Source: Porphyridium purpureum
Taxonomy: Eukaryota
Assembly: GCA_008690995.1 (NCBI GenBank)
Contig: VRMN01000002.1
Span: forward strand, 1 to 64,000
Length of the DNA: 64,000 nt
Reading direction: 5' to 3'
Made by a program: the position numbers and the translations under genes. Position 1 is the stretch's first letter, and the number at the start of each line of letters is the position of its first letter. The notes under the pieces are model-generated. The model worked only from the letters and a program-made list of their open reading frames with translations. It searched no databases and was not told the DNA's origin. Positions 49,078-58,932 of this stretch are shown piece by piece.

Positions 49078-49538
49078 TGTAAGCACACTGTACACATCTC
49101 GTGTACCCACGTCGCACTGTACCAAGCGGTACACTGTACACGAGGAGTTCGGGTGTACAGCGTAAGTGCGTCACGGTAGCGCGACATTGGGGAGCGAGGT
49201 CTTCGAGTGTGGCACGGATTGGATGTCCGTGACTGGATCCATGAGGATCTTTCGAGGCCTCCTGGAGTGCATTCGCGGTCGGCGACCAGGGTCAGCCGAC
49301 ATCTCGAACCTATGCGGGTGTGATGCTCTTTGACCGGGAAGCGGGTCATAAAAGGCTGAGCAGCGCGGGCGCTGCGAGTGGAGTAGAACCTAGGTTCGAG
49401 GTAGAGACGTTGCAGGGTTGTGTAACAAGGGGTTTCTCGCCATTTACTGCGTCTCTCATTTGCTACCCCGTTCTACCTAAGGAATGCGCGCTGGGGTGCA
49501 CGCTATCTCGTACACCCATCAAAGTTATACTCATTACA
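49078..49538. mobile_element. Possible solo LTR
   Basis: TGTAA...TTACA termini and an internal CATAAAAGG. No TSD seen. Confidence 0.25.
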
Positions 49539-49599
49539 AAATGTAAATGAGAAGCTTTCCACCGAGCACCTGGCGTCCGCGACTACTGCCTTATCCCAC

Positions 49600-49627
49600 C
49601 ACACACACACACACACACACACACACA
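49600..49627. repeat. (CA)n microsatellite
   Basis: Direct reading. Confidence 0.9.
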
Positions 49628-50222
49628 AGGACTTATTTGTTCACAACCGAGTTTTTACTGATCAGCCTGTCGTCAAACAAACCACGACCACTCCTTACCC
49701 GACCGTACTTAACCGCGACGAACGCTACCGATGACAACCGCTCTTAAATAGACCTTTGCTCATGCCACACTCGCTCGTCCGACAGCGGTGCACCTCAAAC
49801 ACGCACGTGCACACCTGCTCGACGCACTGTACTACACGTTTGCGCCAACACAAAGCTACCATATGGTGATGATGCAGGGCGGGAGAGTTGTGTCTGGTCA
49901 GCGCTTCGATCTTCACGTTTGGAATGTACACGCGGACGCGGGCGTCTTTCTAGACGCATTAAGCCACAAGTTAGCGCTAGGAATCTAGTCATGTCAACCG
50001 AATTTTTGCTCCTGCGTCTCGCTGTTCCGCGACGTTGCGCCACCACTCGAACGCCGCACGCTTGTCCCGCGGCAGCCCGCGCCGCCCGGTTCCGTGACAA
50101 AAGCCCTAATTAAATTGCGCCTTTGCGTGTCCCTGTTCCGCGGCCTTGATGTACCACACTATCGCTGCGCGCTGATCCTGCAGCAGCCCTCACCAAGCGT
50201 TCTCGAAATAAAGGGCCAACAT

Positions 50223-53200
50223 TTATTGCGCGTCCGCTTGTCCTTGCTCCGCGGCCTTGGTGTACCACTCGATCGCCGCGCCCGTATACTGTGGCAGTCC
50301 GCCCTCCCTGTTGCTGTAACACGGGCCAATATTAAACTGCGCCGCTGCGTGTCCCTGTTTGGCGGCCTTGGTGTACCAGTCGACCGCCGCGCGCTTGTCC
50401 TGCTTCAGCCCACCCCACCCGTTCTCGTAACACCAGCCCAAATTGTACTGGGCGTCTGCTCGTCCCTGCTTCGCAGCCTTGGTGTACCACTCGACCGCCG
50501 CGCGCTTGTCCTGCGCCAGCCCGCCCTCCCCGTATTGGTAACAAACGCCCAAATTATACTGCGCAGTTGCGTATCCCTGTTCCGCGGCCTTGCGGTACCA
50601 CTCGACCGCCGCGCGCTTGTCCTTGCGCAGCCCGCCCCACCCGTTTTCGTAGCAAAGGCCTAAATTACACTGTGCCCTAGCGTATCTCTGCTCCGCGGCC
50701 TTCCGGTACCATTCGACCGCCGCGCGCTTGTCCTGCGGCAGCCCGCCCTCCCCGTTCTCGTAACGAACGCCCAAATTAAACTGCGCCGTTGCGTGCCCCT
50801 GTTCCGCGGCCCTGCGGTACCATTCGGCCGCCGCGCGCTTGGTCTGCGGCAGCCCGCCCCACCCGTTGTCGTAGCAAACACCCAAATTAAACTGCGCCTC
50901 TGCGTGTCTCTGTTCCGCGGCCTTGGTGTACCACTCGACCGCCGCACGCTTGTCCTGCGGCAGCCCGCCCGCCCCTTTCATGCAACAAATTCCCAAATTA
51001 TTCTGCGCCGCTGCGTCTCCCTGTTCCGCGGCCCTGCGGTACCACTCGACCGCCACGGAATCGTCCTTGCGCGCACCGCCCAAACCCTTGTCATAAAAAT
51101 AGCCCAGCTTGAACTGCGAGTGGGCGTCTCCCACGTGCGCCGCCTTGCGGTACCACTCCAGCGCTGCCGTGAGGTTCTTGTTGAACTCTTCAATCTGGCC
51201 ACGTTGCGACCAGTCCGCGGCGTCGCGGCGTGCTTGTCGCTCTTCGGTCTCCAACGTCTTGAGCCTTTCGGGCCCCGCCGGGCTGCCGAGCTTCACGGCC
51301 TTTGCATACCGCTCCTTCGCAAGGCTCAAGTTCTGCGGCATTCCCCGCCCAGAGCGGTGGTAGCGACCATACTCAATCGTGGCATCCATGTGTTCTTGCT
51401 CAGCAGCTGCGCGAACCCAACGCGCGCCATGCTCCACCTGCTGGCCCATGCCGTGCGAGCCCTCAAGCAAAATCTCGCCCGGCCGGAACTGGCCTTGCGC
51501 GGCACCTGCTTCCGCTGCTAGCTTGAAATACTCATACACGTGCGCCATGTTTGCTGCTTTCTCCCGTCCTTCTGCGTAGTGGAGCTTATCATCAGCACTC
51601 AGCGATTGCGCTTGCACAGGCCGGGATCCACTTGGCTCCACCGAATAACCTCCGTTGCTTGATGATGGGGCTCCTGACCGACCAGATTCCACCGTAATCT
51701 GTGAAACGCTTGCAATCAATGCATCAATCTCTACCGTGCTCGCGCCGGAAGAGGATGCAATGGCAGAGACATAGGTCTGCTGCTTGCGAAATGTTACCAA
51801 TACTTCCGCCATGCTCGGGCGTTCTCGAGCATGCATTCTTAAGCATGCTTTGGCAGTGTCTATTAACCACGTCGGCCAGGCATTTGCGTATGCACTCTTC
51901 TTTAGTCTGTGCCACGGTACTCCCTTCGTCGGATCGCTGAGCGTCCTGTCGATTTCTGCCGATGTCGCCGAGCCAAACATGAGCTCGCCCAACACCATCT
52001 CATACAACATGACTCCGAACGACCACACGTCACAAGTCCGGTCATGCTTGTCACCACGCATGACCTCTGGCGCCATGTAAGCATCTGTGCCAGCTCTTGC
52101 TTTCGCACATGACCCGGTGTTCTTCACGGTTGCCAACCCAAAATCGCTGATCTTGGCTGTGTATTCCTCCGTGAGCAGAATATTCTGAGGCTTGATGTCT
52201 CGGTGGATCACTTTTGCAGAGTGCAGGTACTTGAGACCATTCACGATACCACCAAAGATATCCAAAAGCTGCGCGCGAGGCAGCACACCTTGCATACCAT
52301 TTCGAAACATATGTTTGTCCAGCGAGCCGTTTGCTGCGTATTCTAAAAGAATGAATGGCTTCCTGCGACGCTGTGCACCGCTCTCGAGAGGATAGAACCC
52401 ACCACGCGTTTGGATGATGTTCGTATGAGTGAGCCGCCACATGGTCCCAAGTTCGTTCTTCAGTTGAAAGAGCCCATCCATCGTGTCCGCCGGTACTTCC
52501 TTAATGGCCACCGTTGACCCAAAGCACGTGCCTTTGTAAACAATTCCGAAACCTCCAGAGCCCAGCACAACGTACTCGTCGAATTCGTCACGCTCTTTTC
52601 GGACATGCGACACGTCGACGTACCATGGCTCTGTTTTCGTGGGTCCGGTCGACAAGCCGCCGGAATTGCAAGCGTCTGTACACGGCTTGTGGATATCCAC
52701 ACGAAGACTGTGCATCTGAAGAATAGCGCTCTTCTCTGGTTCGGAACCAAGTTGCTCTTCGAGCTTGGGTCGATCATTGACCTTATCCTTCTCCAGAGCC
52801 ATAAGTATTTGCTGGTGTCTGCGTTCTTGCACGTGTTTGCCTCGTTTGTGAGAGTCCGCAAGCTTGAACAAAACGATGCGCGACAACTGAGCTTCGAGCT
52901 TGTCCAGCGTATCGCTGCAGGTCTGAAATTCGGCCTGGTAGTTTTTCGCCCTCATCACGCGCCAAACCTTCTCATTCCAGCGGTCTGCGGACGAGAACTT
53001 TTCCAGAAGCGAGCAGGTGGATTCGAGCGCGGACGTCAGATCCGCCAGGCACTCGAGCAGGCGACCGTGCTGCACCTGGTCTGTACCCGACCTTATCTTT
53101 TCGCCTTGGCCACCAAAATAATCAAGCAACACGCTCTCAATGCCGGCGGCCTGCTTTGCCAGCTGCTTACATGTGTCGTGCATGGCTCGCGCGGCCTGCG

Positions 53201-53339
53201 CCAGCTCCACGATGACCTTGATGACCGCGTACGCCGCCGCAACGTACGGCAAAACCTCGCCCACATCTTTGGCGATTGTTCCTCCGAGTTTGAGGGCTTC
53301 CTCACACGCCGCGTGCTCCGCTGCGCGGCCTGCCGCCAT
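50223..53339 (-). CDS. MLKL-like N-terminal helical bundle + TKL-type protein kinase + Sel1 repeats
   Basis: N-terminus LPYVAAAYAVIKVIVELAQAARAMHDTCKQLAKQ... Kinase motifs GSGGFG, VAIK, HRDIKPQN, DFG, APE and DVWSFG are intact. About 9 canonical plus 2-3 divergent SLRs follow. Confidence 0.88.
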   Translation of the reverse strand: MAAGRAAEHAACEEALKLGGTIAKDVGEVLPYVAAAYAVIKVIVELAQAARAMHDTCKQLAKQAAGIESVLLDYFGGQGEKIRSGTDQVQHGRLLECLADLTSALESTCSLLEKFSSADRWNEKVWRVMRAKNYQAEFQTCSDTLDKLEAQLSRIVLFKLADSHKRGKHVQERRHQQILMALEKDKVNDRPKLEEQLGSEPEKSAILQMHSLRVDIHKPCTDACNSGGLSTGPTKTEPWYVDVSHVRKERDEFDEYVVLGSGGFGIVYKGTCFGSTVAIKEVPADTMDGLFQLKNELGTMWRLTHTNIIQTRGGFYPLESGAQRRRKPFILLEYAANGSLDKHMFRNGMQGVLPRAQLLDIFGGIVNGLKYLHSAKVIHRDIKPQNILLTEEYTAKISDFGLATVKNTGSCAKARAGTDAYMAPEVMRGDKHDRTCDVWSFGVMLYEMVLGELMFGSATSAEIDRTLSDPTKGVPWHRLKKSAYANAWPTWLIDTAKACLRMHARERPSMAEVLVTFRKQQTYVSAIASSSGASTVEIDALIASVSQITVESGRSGAPSSSNGGYSVEPSGSRPVQAQSLSADDKLHYAEGREKAANMAHVYEYFKLAAEAGAAQGQFRPGEILLEGSHGMGQQVEHGARWVRAAAEQEHMDATIEYGRYHRSGRGMPQNLSLAKERYAKAVKLGSPAGPERLKTLETEERQARRDAADWSQRGQIEEFNKNLTAALEWYRKAAHVGDAHSQFKLGYFYDKGLGGARKDDSVAVEWYRRAAEQGDAAAQNNLGICCMKGAGGLPQDKRAAVEWYTKAAEQRHAEAQFNLGVCYDNGWGGLPQTKRAAAEWYRRAAEQGHATAQFNLGVRYENGEGGLPQDKRAAVEWYRKAAEQRYARAQCNLGLCYENGWGGLRKDKRAAVEWYRKAAEQGYATAQYNLGVCYQYGEGGLAQDKRAAVEWYTKAAKQGRADAQYNLGWCYENGWGGLKQDKRAAVDWYTKAAKQGHAAAQFNIGPCYSNREGGLPQYTGAAIEWYTKAAEQGQADAQ

Positions 53340-53967
53340 GACGCCGTAGACGAGCCGCAGCGAGCCGCACAGAATTCGACGTTGTTCTCGCCGCTTGCGA
53401 GCGTGTGAACCCGGCTTTCCAAAGACAGTGCAACATAGATTTCCCCGTCCACTCTATGCCCAATCACCATTCGCATCGACAGCGGCAAACGGTCTCAACC
53501 CCGCTTGCACTTGCTGCTTGATTCAAGCCGCGACGCAGGTGTCACGGGAGATGCCGAAGCGATTCATGCTCTGCTCGGGGCACAGCGCTCTACTCACCGT
53601 TCACACTGCGCGTAGCCATAGACGCATGCCACCAAAACAACGGCATGCAAATCAGCCGCGCAACTCGGACACGCGCAACTCGGACACGCGCAACAGAAAT
53701 CGCATTCTGCTAGTCCAAACAGTGCCCAAAACGGCCCCGCTCAGGGCAAAGCGCCAACGGCGCGTGTAGAAACGGTGGCCACCAGGGCGGAAGTCGCCGC
53801 GGTGTATGGCAAAGCCGGGCGCTTTAGAAGACGCGCACTCGCTCACGCAAAAACGCACCAGGCGCGGGAGGGAATAAACGACCCGAGTTAGCAGCTGCGT
53901 GCCGAACGCGTTTCGACGTGATTCGGCCGCCTCAGGGTTGCGTATCAGCGCCGCGCGGTTTCGCGCG

Positions 53968-54764
53968 CTTGGAATTTCTCCCTCTCCGCTTTGTAACCGA
54001 ATCAACAAAACCGGACCGCTTCACCGATAACAGGAACTGGAAACCACCACACCCCGGAAACTGACAAACCGATGACGAACCGACACACCGAAACGAACGG
54101 AAGGACAAGCAGGACAATCAGAGAAAAGTGGCTAGAAAGGAAGAGAGGACAGAAAATTCAACTTATAGGGGACTACGAGAGGGAGTGGACCGGTCTTGAC
54201 AAGTGAAGGGTGATGGAAGGTACGTTTAAACCCCAGCTGCCTTTTTAAAAACACTCCAGACCGATATCCGCTCGCACAACACGCTAGCGTGCCTCTCCCG
54301 CAAATCCAACCCAAGTCTTCCAACGACTGCCTCAATCCAACTAACCAATTCTCTTTTTATTCTATTTGCCCTTACCTCTTCTTCTACCTTGACCTGGAAA
54401 TTCCTGGGAACCAGCTTGCCCCTTCGTCCTTTTATACCCTTCGTCCTTGCTCTTTCCAGCAAGGACGGGAGAACAAATTTCTCCAACAGGACGAATTTCC
54501 ACCACAGGTTTTGATTCGTTCCACAACTCGCAACCACAGCCGGCCACGTATCCGAAAAATGGCCGGGAAGGCGCGTCAAGAACGAATCCAGAAGCTTCGG
54601 CCGGCCTTTGACCTTTGCACAAGGTCACACAAAACGACAATGACAAACATTTCGCAGGTCCGAGATCATCACGCTTCTCGAACAATCTTTCATCATAGAA
54701 CTTTCTAGGGTTTTGTACTCAAAACCCTACGGCGTCTCTCGGGGCGGAACCCTAAAATTCCACG
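53968..54764 (-). repeat. 3' LTR
   Basis: Core TGGAATTT...AATTCCA at 53970-54762 plus shared flanking CT and CG dinucleotides. Confidence 0.93.
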
Positions 54765-57700
54765 CTCCTCCTTCCGGTCTGAGGGACGCGTAACTTCTCC
54801 CAGCACTTAATGTGGCCCTCCGGAAATAAGGCCTTGGTCATTAAGTCCGCCACATTTTCGTCCGTCTTCACAAATGCCAGTTTCACAAGTTTCTGCTTTT
54901 CGCACACCTGATGCAACCAGGCCAAATCTGTTGCTCGGGTTATCGCCATATGATGCAACTTTGGCGAGTACCCCATCTCTATTGCTCGCATCACAGCTTG
55001 ATTGTCACACATCAAAATCACCGAGAACTCTCCGTCACGTATACTTCGCAAGAAAGACAATGCAGGAAACAACGAGAGTTGCACAGTTTCCTCTAGGGCG
55101 GCCAGCTCCGACTCTGAAGTCGACGAGCTCACGAAACGCTGCTTTCTTGAAGACCAATCCACTAGGTACTTGTAATCTCCAGCAACTAAGTACGTTGCTC
55201 TTCCAGAAGTCGACACACGACTCTCTGGACAACCAGCAAAGTCAGCATCCGTGTATCCAAGAATGTTCACCCCTCTGATGCCTTCCTTGAGATTCCCCAA
55301 CACGTGATACTCCAATGCTTCCCGAGGTGTTTTCAAATACTGCACGACTCGTACGAGCAGCCTTTCTGCTGCCACATTCCACTTGTCAACGTACCGGGCA
55401 ATCATACCGACTGCATACGCAATATCAGGTCGAACCGTTCTGGCGAGCCACATCAGCCTCCCGACGTGTTCTCTTACTTTCAAAGTCTTCCAGATGACTT
55501 GATAATTCAGAACTTCCTCGCCATCTAGCTTCTCAGATGGTGACTTCACGGCACGCAATACGCGTCTAATATCCTGCTCAAATTCCCGAATGACCACATC
55601 TTGATACTCTTGATTCGCCAAACTCACGCTCCCATTTTTGAGGGAAATGCTCGTCCCCAGGAATCTCAAGGATCCTCCTTCCGTCAATAGTTCTGGTGCT
55701 TTTTCTATGAGAAACTCTTGTTTCAATTCTTCGATGATTCCTGGGCGTTCCTCCTCTCGACAGGCTAATAGACCATCATCCACGTACAGAGCCAACAACG
55801 CAACTGACGAACTTGCAGCATTTCTCCGGACGTACACATTCTTTTCACCATGCACGAGCTTCCACTGGAACTTTTGCAATCTCCTCCGAGCATCTTGTGA
55901 GAAATCCGAGCCGCTCCTGGGCAAGCCATACAGCGCCTTTCTCAGCCTGACTACTGTGTCTTTTGAATCACAAATTTCACGCGGTAAGTATGCAAACGTA
56001 GGTGGCCCAGACAGGTCCGCATGGAGGTATGCCGAGCTGATGTCGAAACTAACAATCTGAAGGCCCAGAATTGCAGCCACAGCTATTATCATTCGGATAG
56101 CTGACAAACCAGCAGGCGTCTCATAATCAAAAATGTCATTCGTCGCAGCTCCATCGGACCCCCATATCCTGTTTCCCCCGGCCACCAAGCGGCACTTCAC
56201 CTTGCGAAATTCTTCCGGCATCTCAGCAAATTTCAGACCGAAAATGAAATGTGTGCGTACGAAACGAGCACCAGGTTGCCTCCGGGCCTCCTCCAGCGTC
56301 AAGGGATTCTCATCCCATACCCCAAATCTCAGCATGGATTTGACTTCTTTTTCCATCGCGGCTCGTCCTTGCTCAGACGCTAACGCCGCTCCAGTTTTCA
56401 GCAAAGTCGTTAAGTTCAACTGTGGGATCGTCACTGGACCACCCGTGCCTGCTGCCCGTTCCTCGTCAACCACTCTCACTTTCAATGCCTCGATCTCTTT
56501 CTCAAGCTCCGCTTCTCGAGCTCTGAGAGCATCGATACGACGATCCAAGTCCTGCACCGCTTCAACCGCGGATGGTTCGTCCACTTCTGGCAACTCTTCC
56601 TGCTGGCTCAGGCTCACCATCTCTCGTTCAATTCCCTTTAAAGGGAACTCATGGGTAAATGCCTTAAAATCCTGAGTGCGAATTACTTTTGGGGTCTCAC
56701 TCGTCCAGTCATCCCGAGGAAGCACCAAAATTGCCATCGGATGCTCTCCAACGCCGACGAGAATGCCAACTTTTCCTCGCGGTGCATACTTATTGTCAGG
56801 CTGATCATCTTTGTAGACCACCTTGCACCCGAATGGCAAACTAAGATTTCTCGGCGACCATTTTTCACCACGTCGTAATTCAAACGGCGTCTTTCCAGAC
56901 TTCCTGCCCACGTGAAGTCTATTCGTCATGAACGCAAAATGCTGCGCGGCGTGCATGAACCAACGCTTCCCGAGTCCGGCCTGCACAAGATTCGCACGGA
57001 TTCCCTGATTCAGCGTGTGGTGAAACCGCTCCTGTTCAGCATGACTGTTTGGCCTGTACGGAATCCCCACCTCGTGCTTTATGAGGTGTTCACGCACCAG
57101 TCTCCCCACATCTCCCTTGAACTCATTCCCATCATCCGTTCGCAAAACCTTCGGCCATCCTCTCCCGGCTTGCACACTTTTCCAAGCGTCCGCAACCGCC
57201 GTGTGGGTTTTCGCACGTAGCCCCGCCAATGTCACCCATCCTGTGGCTCTGTCGATATGCGTCAAAATAAACTTTGAACCATCTACCGACTTCACATTTC
57301 GCCCAGGCTCCACCAAGTCAATTCCGACTTCATCATTGAATGACAATGCACTGACATCTTTCTCCAGCCTTCGGGCCGGGCGTCGCTTTATCTTCGCCAC
57401 GACACACGTCTCACAGTCTCTTTGCATAGGCATGTGAGTCAACTCGTGTTCCGAAGCAGCCACGCTCTGATTTTTCCCGTCAAGCTCGGGAACCACTTCT
57501 TCAACATTTTCCAACGTGCATATTTCCTTCCCCTCGGGCCTCGTTTCCATCAGTCCCTTCTGCCAATCAATCTTAGGATTCACCATCTTGAGCCATTTCC
57601 ACCCTAAGATGGCATCCATACGAATGGGACCGATATAAAACTCGACGTTCCCTATCCAGAAACCGAGGTCCACCGCAAGCACAATGGGGCCGTGCACCTT

Positions 57701-57964
57701 CATTCTCTGTCCTCCCGCAAGCTCGACCATGCATTCATCGCAACTGGACTTTACGCTTGCGTCCAAGAATCGGGACCCCAGGAAATTATGCGACGCTCCA
57801 CTGTCAATCAAGAAGTCGATTTTTGAACCACTCACTTTCCCATGTTTGTAGAAGAGCCTTGACCTCGCACCCTCGTGCGCAACACCTTCCACAACACCCA
57901 TTACAGGAGGCTCCATTCCCCTCGAGATCTCCTCCTGTCTTGGCTCTCGAGGTCTTAGTTTTCC
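54752..57964 (-). CDS. pol: Pol: protease-integrase-reverse transcriptase-RNase H (Copia order), entered by -1 frameshift
   Basis: FLIDSGASHNF; HELTHMP..CETC; LRTDDGNEF..EQERF; FDISSAYL, LRKALYGL, LYVDDG; YTDADFAG, CDNQA, ADLMTKAL. The frame is open upstream of ATG 57916 through the gag stop. Confidence 0.93.
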   Translation of the reverse strand, partial: GKLRPREPRQEEISRGMEPPVMGVVEGVAHEGARSRLFYKHGKVSGSKIDFLIDSGASHNFLGSRFLDASVKSSCDECMVELAGGQRMKVHGPIVLAVDLGFWIGNVEFYIGPIRMDAILGWKWLKMVNPKIDWQKGLMETRPEGKEICTLENVEEVVPELDGKNQSVAASEHELTHMPMQRDCETCVVAKIKRRPARRLEKDVSALSFNDEVGIDLVEPGRNVKSVDGSKFILTHIDRATGWVTLAGLRAKTHTAVADAWKSVQAGRGWPKVLRTDDGNEFKGDVGRLVREHLIKHEVGIPYRPNSHAEQERFHHTLNQGIRANLVQAGLGKRWFMHAAQHFAFMTNRLHVGRKSGKTPFELRRGEKWSPRNLSLPFGCKVVYKDDQPDNKYAPRGKVGILVGVGEHPMAILVLPRDDWTSETPKVIRTQDFKAFTHEFPLKGIEREMVSLSQQEELPEVDEPSAVEAVQDLDRRIDALRAREAELEKEIEALKVRVVDEERAAGTGGPVTIPQLNLTTLLKTGAALASEQGRAAMEKEVKSMLRFGVWDENPLTLEEARRQPGARFVRTHFIFGLKFAEMPEEFRKVKCRLVAGGNRIWGSDGAATNDIFDYETPAGLSAIRMIIAVAAILGLQIVSFDISSAYLHADLSGPPTFAYLPREICDSKDTVVRLRKALYGLPRSGSDFSQDARRRLQKFQWKLVHGEKNVYVRRNAASSSVALLALYVDDGLLACREEERPGIIEELKQEFLIEKAPELLTEGGSLRFLGTSISLKNGSVSLANQEYQDVVIREFEQDIRRVLRAVKSPSEKLDGEEVLNYQVIWKTLKVREHVGRLMWLARTVRPDIAYAVGMIARYVDKWNVAAERLLVRVVQYLKTPREALEYHVLGNLKEGIRGVNILGYTDADFAGCPESRVSTSGRATYLVAGDYKYLVDWSSRKQRFVSSSTSESELAALEETVQLSLFPALSFLRSIRDGEFSVILMCDNQAVMRAIEMGYSPKLHHMAITRATDLAWLHQVCEKQKLVKLAFVKTDENVADLMTKALFPEGHIKCWEKLRVPQTGRRSVEF
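54765..54775 (-). other. Polypurine tract
   Basis: GGAAGGAGGAG on the minus strand, directly before the 3' LTR. Confidence 0.8.
57903..57964 (-). promoter_or_regulatory. -1 ribosomal frameshift signal (slippery G_GAA_AAC plus H-type pseudoknot)
   Basis: GGAAAAC-TAAGA-CCTCGAGA-GCCAAG-ACAGGAGG-AGA-TCTCGAGG-GGAATGGAG-CCTCCTGT, giving two perfect 8-bp interleaved stems. Confidence 0.82.
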
Positions 57965-58932
57965 GGCTCTGGCGGACCACCTGCCAAGCGCTCCTTCAAT
58001 TTAGGGCATTTGGGCTTAATGTGTCCACGTTCTCCACAATGGTAACACTTCACTTTGGTCTTGCCAGACTTCCGCTTGTCCATGGCTCCCAAATCCATTG
58101 GTGCGCTACCAGAATGCGACGAGAACGCCCTGCTATGAGTCGATGACGAGTTCTTGATCACTTGACTCATATCTCCTCCGAACTTTGCAACCTGCTCAGC
58201 TGCCAACGCAACTTTCAGTGATTCTTCCAAGGTCCTTGTGTCCTGACGGGCCACCTCAATACGCAGTTTCTCCTTCAAGCCCAGCGTGAAGATGGTGTTC
58301 AGTTCTGCATCTGTCACATCTTCAACTGACAACGCTGTCATCCTGAGATTCTGCTCAAATTCTGCGACCGTCATTTTCCCTTGCTTCAACTGATACAGAT
58401 TGGTGCGCGCTGTCAAATGCGCCTGCGGCGGCTCAAACGCTGTGCGCACGAAGTTTGCGAACGCATCCCATCCGGCCTCTGCAAGGCCCTTTCTCTGCTC
58501 CTCCGGACGAGCTGCCCAAAGCAGCGCTGCGTCCCTCTCGAAAAAGCGACTTGCAACAATCACTTTCTGCGAGTCCAAAGCACCTGCGGGCATGCAGATA
58601 TCCAGGTCGCTCTTCATTCGCATCAGCCATTCATTGACAACGAGCTTGTCACGCTGACCATCAAACTTTCTCAAACTGCGCCCAATTAACGCGGCCATGG
58701 CACGATCGTTGTCACCAGACCCAGACGCCACGGTCTGCTGGCGCAACAAAACTTGCATCATTTCATGGAGGTTACGATTCGCTTCCTGCACTTGTGCCAT
58801 CATCATCTCCTGTCCCGCAATGCGCGCATGCAGCTGATTAGCTGCCTCAATCCATGCCGCATTCTCCTGCGGGACATTCATTTCCATTTCATGGCTTTCC
58901 ATTCTCTCCAAACAACCGGGCGATGATACCAC
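57955..58932 (-). CDS. gag: Gag, Ty3/gypsy type, with CCHC knuckle
   Basis: FDG..EWL, LYQLKQGKMTVAEF, FTLGLKEKLR, SAPMDLG and CYHCGERGHIKPKC. The first ATG is somewhat downstream of 58932. Confidence 0.9.
   Translation of the reverse strand: MVSSPGCLERMESHEMEMNVPQENAAWIEAANQLHARIAGQEMMMAQVQEANRNLHEMMQVLLRQQTVASGSGDNDRAMAALIGRSLRKFDGQRDKLVVNEWLMRMKSDLDICMPAGALDSQKVIVASRFFERDAALLWAARPEEQRKGLAEAGWDAFANFVRTAFEPPQAHLTARTNLYQLKQGKMTVAEFEQNLRMTALSVEDVTDAELNTIFTLGLKEKLRIEVARQDTRTLEESLKVALAAEQVAKFGGDMSQVIKNSSSTHSRAFSSHSGSAPMDLGAMDKRKSGKTKVKCYHCGERGHIKPKCPKLKERLAGGPPEPEN
58914..58931 (-). other. Primer binding site, initiator-Met tRNA type
   Basis: TGGTATCATCGCCCGGTT directly after the 5' LTR, with the same layout as the plant iMet PBS TGGTATCAGAGCCAGGTT. 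Confidence 0.85.
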
